A stretch of 64,000 nucleotides of DNA, taken from the NCBI RefSeq assembly GCF_009914755.1, contig NC_060939.1, one strand, 5' to 3'. The notes under the pieces are model-generated. The model was given only the letters and a program-made list of their open reading frames with translations. It searched no databases and was not told where the DNA came from. The DNA comes from the human T2T-CHM13v2.0 reference genome, Homo sapiens. Every line of letters starts with the position of its first letter. Within the stretch, counting starts at the first letter, position 1. A program made the position numbers and the translations under genes. Shown one piece after another: positions 37,312 through 64,000 of this stretch.

Positions 37312-38837
37312 GTGAGTTTATGGCTTTTGTCTTCAAAGCTTGTCCTGGCCCTTCTGTGGCTCCTGATGCTGCCTGCTTCTGGCCTCATGTTTCTTCTCTG
37401 CTATGCCCCACCCCAGCCCTGTGTCTCCCCTCTGACCTCTCAACCTCACCCCCGACCCCAACCCCACACCACTTATCTTTAGGCAGCTTTATTTCTCTAG
37501 CCTTCCCTGCCCTTTCCCTCCTCTCTTCTGTCTGCTAGCAGTGGGGCTCTGCGTCTCCCTCTGTTGCTGGCTTTTTAAAGTCAGCTAAAATCTGAGAACA
37601 AATGTATGTAGCTTTGTGCTTATGCATTCCCTGGCGGAAGTTGTTTGGCATGAGGATCATGAACTCGGGGAGTTTTTTGTTTGTTCATTTGTTGAGTTTA
37701 AACTTTGTTTCTCTTTGAATAGCTAATAGAATCATATAGGCCCGAACTCATATGTCCCAAGAGGTATTTAATGAAAGGTTCCTCCCTATCACTTTCCCTC
37801 ACTTACCAGTTCCGTATTAGTTTTTCTAGATATAATACATACATGAATATGCATATGTGATCTTTTTTACACAAATGGTTGCATTTTATATATATATACT
37901 GTTTAGCACCTTCCTTTTAAAAAAGAACTTAATGGTATCTTGGAGATCATTCCGTATTAATAACAGTTGCACTATCTATGGAAATTTGGATAGTTTCCAA
38001 TCTTTTGGTATTACAAACAAAGCTGTACTGAGTTAACTTTGAACATAAGTCATTTCACATTTTCATTTTTATTTTTATTTTTTGAGACAGAGTTTCACAT
38101 GTTGCCCAGGCTGGTCTTGAACTCCTGTGCTCAAGTGATCCTTCCGCCTTGGCCACCCAAAAAGCTGGGATTACAGATGTAAGCCACCATGCCCAGACCA
38201 TTTCACATTTTTTAAAATACAGTATATGTGAAAGAGAAATTCCCATATTTGATTATGGGATTTCTGTGTCAAGAGTATGTGCATTTGTGTTTAGATCAAT
38301 ATAATCAAATTGCCCTTCTTAAATGTTACACCAGTTATATTCCTGTCACCAATGTATGAGAGTGCATATTTTCCTATAGCCTTGCCAACACAATATGTTG
38401 TATTTTTTTATCTTTGCCAATTTGATAGATGAAAAATGGTATCTTAGATTGGTTTTAATTTGCATTACAAATAAAGCTAACCATTTTTTCGTATGTTTGT
38501 CACTTATGTATCCCTTTCTGTTAACTATATTCTTCGCCCATTTTTCTTTTGGATTCAAGATCAATTACTGATTAATTTGTAAAAGCTCTTTACATATTAG
38601 GAAAATTAGCCCTATGTTTTTTATGAGTTCCAAATGTATACCTTTTTTTTAAATAAAATGACTTGGTGGCAAAGAGTTTTTTTACTAAATGAAATTTTTG
38701 CTAATTTATCTGTCATCAAGATTGATATCACAGTTCAGTGCCATCCTGTAGGATTTGCAAGACTTTGCTCTAATTTACTGAGCTAAAAAGACTTGACTCT
38801 ATCAGTGTCATGCTTTTCTAATCAAAATAGAGGACAT

Positions 38838-40090
<1,253 letters not shown>

Positions 40091-40304
40091 GTATTCCTCT
40101 TTTGAGGGGGCAGAGGAATGGAGTGGCATGCTGTATATTTAGTTATCTTACAGTTGTTCTTAAAATGTGACAGCCAGATCTTTGACCAAAAAGAGAAAAC
40201 AGATTCTTGGCTCTCCTCATTTTTGAAGACACATTTTTCCCTCTTCATTGTTATGTATAGAGACTTAAAACAAGTTTATTTAGGCATAATTTTGTTCCTT
40301 GGTT

Positions 40305-40953
40305 TTTTGTTTCAATTTTTTTTTAGATAGAGTCTTGCTCTGTCACCCAGGTTGGAGTACAGTGGTATGATCTCGGCTCACTGCAACCACCACCTCCCAG
40401 GTTCAAGTGACTCTCCTGCCTCAGGTTCCTGAGTAGCTGGGACTACAGGCACACGCCACCATGCCTGGCTAATTTTTTTGTATTTTTAGTAGAGACAGGG
40501 TTTCGCCATGTTGGCTAGGCTGGTCTCGAACTCCTGACCTCAAGTGATCCACCTGCCTCGGCCTCCCAAACTGCTGGGATTATAGGCATGAGCCACCACA
40601 CTGGACATTTAGGCATAATTTTGACCCACTACAATTTGGGTTTTTTTGTTCGGTTGGTTTTTTTTTTTTCTTTGAGATAGAGTCTCGCTCTGTCATCCAG
40701 GCTGGAGTGCAGTGGCACAATCTTGGCTCACTGCAACCTCCGCCTCCCAGGTTCAAGCGATTCTCTTGACTCAGCCTCCTGAGTATATGGGATTACAAGC
40801 ATGTGCCACCACGCCTGGCTAATTTTTGTATTTTTAGTAGAGACAGGGTTTCACCATGTTGGTCAGGTTGGTCTCAAACTCCTGACCTCATGATTCGCCC
40901 GTCTCGGTCTCCCAAAGTGCTGGGATTATAGGCATGAGCCACTGTGTGTGGCT
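40305..40953 (-). mobile_element. Two antisense AluS elements downstream of DIS3L exon 12
   Basis: TSDs TTTAGGCATAATTTTG and GACCCAC(T/C)A(C/T)AATTTG. Confidence 0.92.
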
Positions 40954-41201
40954 GACCCACCATAATTTGTAATACAGAAGTAGGGAACCTGTTAGTTACC
41001 CTTGATTTAATTTCATGTACCCCTTAAGTTACAAAGAAATAATCCTATTTATTTCAGTACTTTTAAAATGCAGCATCTTTGTGACAATATCATAAGATAC
41101 TACACCAACAGTGAATTTATACCACCCTCAATTGAGTGAGACATTTTTACTCCCTATCTCTAGGATAAAATACTTCTTTCATTAAAAACCAAGTATAGGC
41201 A

Positions 41202-41751
<550 letters not shown>

Positions 41752-42695
41752 TCTGTATGGTCACTGTATGAGCTGTCTGCATGCCAGGCACATGGGACAA
41801 GGGCTTTCAGACATCCTCTTGGTTAATTCTTAATGCTGAGGTGATGGCAGCATCATTCATATTTACAGATAAGTCAATTAAGTCTGAAGAGATTAAGTAA
41901 TTTGCCTGTAATTTAACAGTCAGGGCAGAGCCAAGATTTGAATCCAAGTCTGTTAAACTTGCAAGCTCACATAGTGACCACTTAACACCTTGCCTCTCTG
42001 TTCATCATCATGCTCTATTTCTCCTTTCCCCCTTTTCCCTTAGCCAGCCACAATATAGGACTGAATTATATGTTATTAGTTTTATTTTTAATATACCTCT
42101 ATATTTCCTGGGGCTTTGAAATTATTATTTTGAGGCTGTATGCAGTGGCTCACACCTGTAACCCCAGCACTTTGGGAGGCCGAGGCAGGAGGATCACTGA
42201 AGGCCAGGAGTTCAAGACTAGCCTGGGCAACAAAGTGAGACCCTGTCTCTACAAAAAAATTATTTTGAGAATAAATAAATAGAATGCTTACTACCTCTTT
42301 AAAAAAGAAAAACTAATTTAGGTTTCTTTTACTTGTACACCAAGTCCATTATTTTACCTATATATAGAATGTTTAAGGTTAAGGATGTAAAGAATTCAAT
42401 TCAACGAGTATTTGACCACCTATTATAGCCAAGCACTAACTTAACCTAGTATTAAAATCAGTACATGATTCATTTCTACTTAAGAAATGTATTTAAATTC
42501 TGACACTCTTGTTTTGTTTAAGCCGTAAAGCAAACTAGATTTCTGTAGTTGAAAAGAGGTGCTTCTGAAACGTGTCCAAAACAAATTTACTGGCAGATGA
42601 AGGTATTCAGACGGATGAGTGAAGGGTTCCCCTCAAAGTGTTGTCTTGTAAATTACTGTCTGGGACTAGCTAACGGTTTTTCTGTTCTTTGTCAG

Positions 42696-42850
42696 GTCCA
42701 ATAAAACACTGGCTGATTCTCTGGATAATGCGAACGACCCCCACGATCCCATTGTGAACAGGCTACTGCGCTCCATGGCCACGCAGGCCATGTCGAATGC
42801 TCTGTACTTCTCCACCGGATCCTGTGCGGAGGAGGAGTTCCATCATTACG
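42696..42850 (+). CDS. DIS3L: DIS3L exon 13 (SNKTLADSL...FHHY)
   Basis: tgtcag| and ACG|gtgaat. Confidence 0.96.
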
Positions 42851-42946
42851 GTGAATCATACCATATTCCTATGTGTGGCTGTAACTTTGCGCTAGTTATT
42901 TTAAAATAGTTTTTGTTTATTTTGATCTTTTGCTTTCTTTTTGAAG

Positions 42947-43125
42947 GTCTTGCATTAGATAAATATACCCACTTTACTTCTCCAATAAGAAGATATTCAG
43001 ATATTGTAGTACACCGCTTGTTAATGGCAGCCATTTCAAAAGATAAGAAAATGGAAATTAAGGGAAATCTGTTCAGCAACAAAGATCTTGAGGAATTATG
43101 CAGACATATCAACAACAGAAACCAA
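42947..43125 (+). CDS. DIS3L: DIS3L exon 14 ([18 protein letters not shown]...NRNQ)
   Basis: ttgaag| and CAA|gtaaga; RNB signature motif. Confidence 0.97.
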
Positions 43126-43357
43126 GTAAGAGGGAATTTCAAAATTCTCTTACCTGTCATCTCTTGCTAAGAAAATATCAGCTTTATTGTGTAGTACCGT
43201 GAAGTATCATATATTCTAGCAAATTAAATTCTAGAATTATTCTAACCAGTGCTTTCAGAACATTTGTAGATGTTCTCAGGTAACTTGTGGATTTGGGAGA
43301 TTTGACGGTAGATTATCAGATTTTTTTTTTTCCGAAAGGTGGAAATGTAAAGATTCA

Positions 43358-43636
<279 letters not shown>

Positions 43637-43881
43637 TCAAAAAAAAAAAAAGATATGAAGACAGAAACATCACCTGTTATCTTACCACCCAGAGCTAACA
43701 ATTAATGATTCTAGACACTGCTAACATTTTTATTTATAAAAATATCGGCCAGATGCGGTGGCTTGCACCTGTATTCCCAGTACTTTGGGAGGCTGAGGCA
43801 GGTGGATCACGAGGTCAGGAGATCAAGACCATCCGGGCTAACACAGTGAAACCCCATCTCTACTAAAAATACAAAAAATTA

Positions 43882-44033
<152 letters not shown>

Positions 44034-44255
44034 TCACACCGTGCCTGCTGTTTGAATCTGCTTTTTTCATGTAACCCAACTGTTATTGATAGCACACCAT
44101 GTTATATCATTGTTTTGAAGCTGCTTTCTATTCTATTTCATATTACTAGTTGCTACAAGATTGCACAGCATAGAACTAGACTATTGGGTAACGCAGGAAA
44201 TTGGAAACTACCTAAATGTTTAATGTAATTTTCTATATCCAATGGTATAGTTGTC

Positions 44256-44468
44256 TGCTGTGCAATGTTGTAGCACTAGCCATGTGGACTACCTAAATTT
44301 AATTAAAATTAGAAGTAGAAATTTGTCTCAGTAGAAATTTGGCCAGTGTCTCAGTCACACTGGCCACATTGTATAGCTCAGTGGCCACTTGTGGTTAGTG
44401 GCTACATATTAGGCAACACAGATAGAGAGCATTTCTATCATTGCAGAAAGTTCTGTTGGGCAGCACTG
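44256..44468 (-). mobile_element. MER3-like hAT/Charlie DNA transposon
   Basis: Reverse complement reads CAGTGCTGCCCAACAGAACTTTCTGCAATGATAGAAATG..TAGCCACTAACCACAAGTGGC. Confidence 0.8.
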
Positions 44469-44603
44469 TTCTAAGCAATCAAATTTATAACCATCCTTAT
44501 GGATACACTTATACAGACATTTCAGATGATTTCCTGGAAAAATTCCTAGAAATGGAATTGCTGAGCCAAAAGGTGTGCATGCACAAATGAAACTGATAGG
44601 TCA

Positions 44604-44900
<297 letters not shown>

Positions 44901-45093
44901 TTAATACATATTACTAAATTGTCTTCCTTATCAGTAGTGCTAATTTAGACTTCCACCAATAGGGTTTTCATTGGACAGGCTTGAAAAGAAAGAAAGGCTG
45001 GCCGGGCGCGGTGGCTCATGCCTGTAATCCCAGCACTTTGGGAGGCCGAGGCAGGCGGATCACGAGGTCAGGAGATCAAGACCATCCTGGCTA

Positions 45094-45363
<270 letters not shown>

Positions 45364-45600
45364 CTAATTTCATGAACTATAAATGGGTTTCATTTTATAA
45401 AATAATTCATTTTCTAAGACATTTTTGAGGAGATAATACTAGATGGTTAAGTTCCCACAAAAAGTAATTTAATTTCATAGTAGAGAACAATTTTTATATT
45501 AATAGTTTTACAGAATCTCACATTTGAATGAATATGAATTTCGTTTCTTTGGGGAATGCCAGGGGAGTGTTAAAATGCTTTGGAGTTGTGCTTCTTACAG

Positions 45601-45746
45601 GCAGCACAGCATTCTCAGAAGCAGTCTACTGAGCTCTTCCAGTGCATGTACTTCAAAGACAAAGACCCTGCCACCGAGGAGCGTTGCATATCTGACGGAG
45701 TTATTTATTCAATTAGAACAAATGGTGTGCTTCTATTTATACCAAG
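45601..45746 (+). CDS. DIS3L: DIS3L exon 15 (AAQHSQK...LFIP)
   Basis: ttacag| and AAG|gtatgt. Confidence 0.96.
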
Positions 45747-45881
45747 GTATGTTACATCTAATGCAATGGTGCATAAGAAATCATAGTTAAAAGTGTAGAA
45801 CACAAACTGTACATTAGATATAATTTATTAAAATATTTAAGCAACTAGTTATCATATGTACATAATGTAATGTATAATTCA

Positions 45882-46283
<402 letters not shown>

Positions 46284-46472
46284 TTAGGGTCTTTCTTATC
46301 CAGCAAAATACTTTGTTTCCATCTGCTAAGGTGAAATAAATACGTGGAGGTAAACCACAGGAAAAGTGATTTGTTTTTAATCTAGGAGAAAAACTAGTAT
46401 TCTAGATAAGCATACAAGATCTGTGTACTAAGAATACATTGTCTCTGGATTTATATTCTGGTCATAATATAG

Positions 46473-46647
46473 GTTTGGGATTAAAGGTGCTGCTTATCTA
46501 AAAAATAAAGATGGTTTAGTCATCTCATGTGGCCCAGATAGCTGTTCTGAATGGAAACCAGGATCCCTTCAACGATTTCAAAACAAAATTACCTCTACTA
46601 CAACAGATGGGGAATCTGTTACGTTCCATTTGTTTGACCATGTAACC
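46473..46647 (+). CDS. DIS3L: DIS3L exon 16 (FGIKGAAYL...FDHVT; S1 domain)
   Basis: atatag| and ACC|gtaagt. Confidence 0.96.
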
Positions 46648-46740
46648 GTAAGTCTGTGTTTCTATTAAGTATTATTAATATTTTAAATGTAAGGAATAAA
46701 TAATGTGATTTAGTAATATGTATTTTCTTCTCTATGCTAG

Positions 46741-47049
46741 GTAAGAATATCCATACAGGCCTCACGTTGCCATTCTGATACAATCAGACTTGAAATAATT
46801 AGTAACAAACCATACAAGATACCAAATACAGAACTTATTCATCAGAGTTCCCCCTTGCTGAAGAGTGAGTTAGTGAAAGAAGTAACTAAATCTGTGGAAG
46901 AAGCTCAGCTTGCCCAAGAAGTCAAAGTAAACATCATTCAGGAGGAATATCAAGAATATCGCCAAACAAAGGGAAGGAGCCTATACACACTTCTAGAGGA
47001 GATACGGGACCTAGCTCTCCTGGATGTTTCAAACAATTATGGAATATGA
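46741..47049 (+). CDS. DIS3L: DIS3L last exon coding part (VRISIQ...NNYGI*)
   Basis: tgctag|; TGA 47047-47049; completes the 1054-aa frame. Confidence 0.96.
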   Translation, partial: VRISIQASRCHSDTIRLEIISNKPYKIPNTELIHQSSPLLKSELVKEVTKSVEEAQLAQEVKVNIIQEEYQEYRQTKGRSLYTLLEEIRDLALLDVSNNYGI

Positions 47050-47186
47050 GAGGCTCTTACTTCACTAAGAGCTGTCATATGTGAATGTTTTACAGTCTTT
47101 TCAAACTTAACATTTAATGTGTGTCACTCAGTGCTCTAGTCGATCAGGACTGGGTAGCTATTTCGCATATATGTAAAATGTTCTCA

Positions 47187-47501
<315 letters not shown>

Positions 47502-47503
47502 TC

Positions 47504-47617
47504 ATTAAAGTTGCATTAAATAAAGTATAATTAGGTCACTATGGAAACAGTTTTCAGTAATGAGTGGACAGTAAGTGGTGGCTCTGCAGATGGCCCCTTT
47601 CTAATAAGTTTAATAAA
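47504..47617 (+). terminator. DIS3L: DIS3L poly(A) signal cluster
   Basis: ATTAAA 47504-47509, ATTAAA/AATAAA 47515-47524, AATAAA 47612-47617; T-rich sequence downstream. Confidence 0.75.
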
Positions 47618-47985
47618 CCCGAAATTACTGGTTATCTCGTCTCCAATCAGTTCTTTCAAATGTTTTATTTTTCCAGTAATTACGTTTGGGTCATAGGCCC
47701 CTCTGACATTTGTCAGGTAATTTTCAGTCACTTTCAGATAATAAGACTTAGTCCTGAGTCCACTTCTCCACTTAAAAATTCCTATTTCATATTTGACTCA
47801 ACCCTTACCTGCTGTCTCCAGTACTAGCTGGGATTAGGACACAGGGCGGGTGGTAGGATGCACAGGTAAAGTTCTGTCACAGGCCTTCCTTCCCACTCTC
47901 CCATTTTGATGAGGTGCATTGGCCTTCCCCTTGTTGGAAACTTGTTACTTTGCCAGCAAACACCCCACTAGAAAAATTAACTCTA

Positions 47986-50325
<2,340 letters not shown>

Positions 50326-50693
50326 CTAGACTACTCTGGGCACACTGTCCATGGATTAGCCCTGCTTTGCAAGGAGCAGTAAAAAACAGAAACAAAACCT
50401 CCCAACTTAGTGAAAACAAGGCATTCAATGACAGACCAGCAGCAGAAACTGCTTATTACCTCCTAATCATTTTATGAAGAAATACCTATATAAAAACAAA
50501 CACTAAAGAGAACAAATAGATTTAACTAAAGTGACAAGCATAATTATAAATAAATACCAGATTATCAGATTTTAAACAATAATCTATAACAGTTTTACTA
50601 TCTAAGGATTTTCACTCCAAGAAGAAAAAATACATAGTAACGCCAAGCTTGCAGGACGATGACTTAACAGATACATTTTCTCTTAATGGAAAC

Positions 50694-50917
50694 TTATCTA
50701 GCTTCAGTAATATTTCTGGATGTAGCATCAAGTTGCTGTTGCACATTTTTAAAAGACTGGTCCAGCAGTGTTTCCTCTTCATTTAAAGTATTGGCAATAG
50801 CATCATTACATGGATTGTCCAGAATGTCTTCGTTTAATCCATTTGACTCCTCCTTTTGATCCTCATCAGTATTAACCTCTTCAACCGTGTGTGCCCTGGG
50901 TGTATTCATTAACATAT
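50694..50917 (-). CDS. TIPIN: TIPIN last exon coding part (DMLMNTP...NITEAR*)
   Basis: tttcag| at 50918-50920; TAA at 50696-50694. Confidence 0.96.
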
Positions 50918-51064
50918 CTGAAAGAAATCATACCATTATTATTCATTATAAGTACCTGATCCAATCTTACCGCATGAGTACAAACCTCTTCAAAAGCTCA
51001 GTTTAGTAAAATGAAGTCTAAGATCACTTAATGTTAATTATGATCACTTTCTTCTAAATATATC

Positions 51065-54640
<3,576 letters not shown>

Positions 54641-54886
54641 TAAAATAATTTTTTAAGAGGTACTCAGCTATCCAGAAAACCATCTTGGATTCATTTATTC
54701 TTTAAGGAACACAGCCATTCTCTCTCTCCTCTCTCACACACACTGTCTCTAAAATATACATAAACTTAATATCACACTTTTCCACTCCTAGAAGTATTTT
54801 ATTTTGGGGGCTAGCAGAGAAGTTAAAATTTCTAACATGTCCTTGATATATTAATGGTAGCATATAAAATTTGGCATAAAATTTAC

Positions 54887-55093
54887 CATTTCCTAGGGTC
54901 TGACTATTACTCAGCAGCTTTGCCTGCCTTCTTTCCAAGGCCAGTTGTTTATTTCTCTCAATTCTTTGTTGTTGCTCTTCTGTTAGGCTTCTACTTAACT
55001 CAGAAGCAAACATCTCACTTTCAGATAAGTTTGTCAGAAAGGGATCTAATTCAGTAGAAGTGACATCATGTTCATTATTCTCCGCAACTTCAT
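54887..55093 (-). CDS. TIPIN: TIPIN penultimate exon (DEVAENN...[14 protein letters not shown]...SQTLGN; RPA32-binding helix)
   Basis: ttgcag| and ATG|gtaaat; 207 nt, phase 1-1. Confidence 0.96.
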
Positions 55094-55319
55094 CTGCAAT
55101 AGAAAAGAAATAGTACATCTGTGGTGTTAGACTAGTTAGAGAAGGGCTTCTCATTGAAAAAGAATTTAAAGTGGCAAGGTGACAGACCTGAAAAAACAAT
55201 TTGTGAAGTATAAGAATGTTGTGAATACATGCTTGATTCAATTAAATAAGAAATATTTATAAATCAGTTTAAAGAGGAATGCTAAGTCAAATAAAAATAC
55301 AATTTAAAATATGCATGAA

Positions 55320-61299
<5,980 letters not shown>

Positions 61300-61694
61300 C
61301 ACTACCAAGGCATTTTAACTTATCTATTTATTGTACTTTACCATACTCTAATTATATACACAATATGGACTAAGGATCTGGTCCTATAATACTGCCTCCT
61401 CTAACTACTTCTATTCTTTCTTTCTTTTTTTTTTTTTTTTTTTCCAGACAAGGTCTCTCACCCTATTTATTGCCCAGAGTATAGTGGTGTGATCCTGGTT
61501 CACTGCAGCCTTGAACTCCTGGGCTCAAGTGATCCTCCCGCCTCAACCCCCTGAGTAGCTACAACAGGCATGTGCCACCACACCTGATTAACTTTTTAAA
61601 AATTTTTGTAGATGGGGTCTCACTCGGTTGCCCGGGCTGATCTCCAACTCTAGGATTCAAGTAATCCTACCTCCATGGCCTCCCAAAGAACTGG

Positions 61695-61792
61695 GGTTGA
61701 TCCAAAGGTAATGAGTTATCAATTCACAGTCACAGATCAAACTCCTTGTTCTACTCTTTCCTCCCTTTTCACTATTGCATGTGGCTAGTCTT
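61695..61792 (+). pseudogene. Y1 RNA (RNY1) retropseudogene with A-tail
   Basis: Matches hY1 (GGCTGGTCCGAAGGTAGTGAGTTATC...ACAGATCGAACTCCTTGTTCTACTCTTTCCCCCCTTCTCACTACTGCACTTGACTAGTCTT) with small deletions and substitutions. Confidence 0.93.
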
Positions 61793-61887
61793 CAAAAAAA
61801 AAATAACAAGCCAGGCGCAGTGGCTCACGCCTATAATCCCAGCACTTTGGGAGGCCAAGGTGGGCGGATCACGAGGTCAGGAGTTCA

Positions 61888-62319
<432 letters not shown>

Positions 62320-62476
62320 CTACTGCACTCCAGACTGGGTGACAGAGCAAGATTCTGTCCCTAAACATGAAACAAAAAAGCAAAGCGCTGGGATTACAGG
62401 GTTGAGCCACCACACCCTGCCTAGATCTATTTCTAAAAGCAAAATTGTTATAAAGTAGATAAACCTATATTCTTAC

Positions 62477-62540
62477 CATTATTGCTAACAAAATCTTCAT
62501 GTAAAATAGGGAGATCAAGTCGAATTCGTTTTAAACAGGT
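62477..62540 (-). CDS. TIPIN: TIPIN coding exon ([21 protein letters not shown])
   Basis: tttcag| and ATG|gtaaga; 64 nt, frame-compatible with both neighbours. Confidence 0.95.
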
Positions 62541-62731
62541 CTGAAAATGAAAAGAGATTATTTATTTTTACCTCTTTACCAATCATGTTGGGGGGAGATA
62601 ATTTGCTATTACTTTTCCCTCTCTACCAAAAGAGATTTCAAAATGAACACTTTAAACAGCAATTTAGCCTCAACTAAATCTACCCTACCATTTAGCATGT
62701 GAATGATATTTATAATCATCTCAACACTTAC

Positions 62732-62854
62732 CTGAACTTCCTTTTTACTTCCCAGGTATTCAACTCTGTCAATAAAATCCTCAAACTGCAGTTTAGGGAA
62801 TAGCCTATGTGCCCAGTGCTCCATGTGTCTGATTAGCATCTTCAAGTCTTCAGC
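62732..62854 (-). CDS. TIPIN: TIPIN coding exon ([41 protein letters not shown]; Swi3/Csm3 domain)
   Basis: Minus-strand tggcag| and CAG|gtaagt; Swi3-family motif WAHRLFP. Confidence 0.97.
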
Positions 62855-63013
62855 CTGCCACATAAAAATAAAAATGCTAAACAGGAGTCTCATTCTCACA
62901 GCTGACCCCGTCAGCAACTTTCAGAACTGAAAAGCTATGCCAAAATCACTGGGGTCATTTTATATTTATAAGGTTGAAAAACTTATAAAAGGAACTTTAA
63001 TAAGAAAAATATT

Positions 63014-64000
<987 letters not shown>

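Noticed and set aside
42700-42705. AATAAA at the start of exon 13
   Set aside because: It is the Asn-Lys codons, with no convincing downstream GU/U-rich element.

Overview
Human (primate) genomic DNA, recognisable as the DIS3L-TIPIN locus (15q22.31). The + strand carries the complete DIS3L gene, the cytoplasmic exosome 3'-5' exoribonuclease. It has a CpG-island promoter (~7.0-8.0 kb) and 17 GT-AG coding exons from ATG 7264 to TGA 47049 that I joined by hand into a 3165-nt, 1054-aa ORF. Its 3'UTR contains an Alu and ends near a poly(A)-signal cluster at ~47.5-47.6 kb. The - strand carries the last four coding exons of TIPIN (618 nt, ending TAA 50694), tail-to-tail with DIS3L. A TIPIN intron hosts an H/ACA scaRNA (SCARNA14/U100, ~60622-60759) whose 3' pocket fits U6 snRNA U9, and a Y1 RNA retrocopy nested inside an Alu. 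The rest is very repeat-rich: about 80 Alu elements or monomers by eye, plus L1, L2, MIR, MaLR and MER3 fragments and microsatellites. Nearly all short ORFs in the supplied track are Alu or microsatellite artefacts. I found no convincing new protein-coding or prokaryote-type system. The best leads are RNA-level hypotheses: an Alu-bracketed in-frame DIS3L exon 12 that could form a circle with a stop-free ORF, splice junctions that regenerate 5' splice sites, a bidirectional poly(A) zone between the convergent genes, an unnamed short retroposon downstream of the TIPIN stop, and several perfect tandem micro-duplications. Repeat boundaries are approximate.
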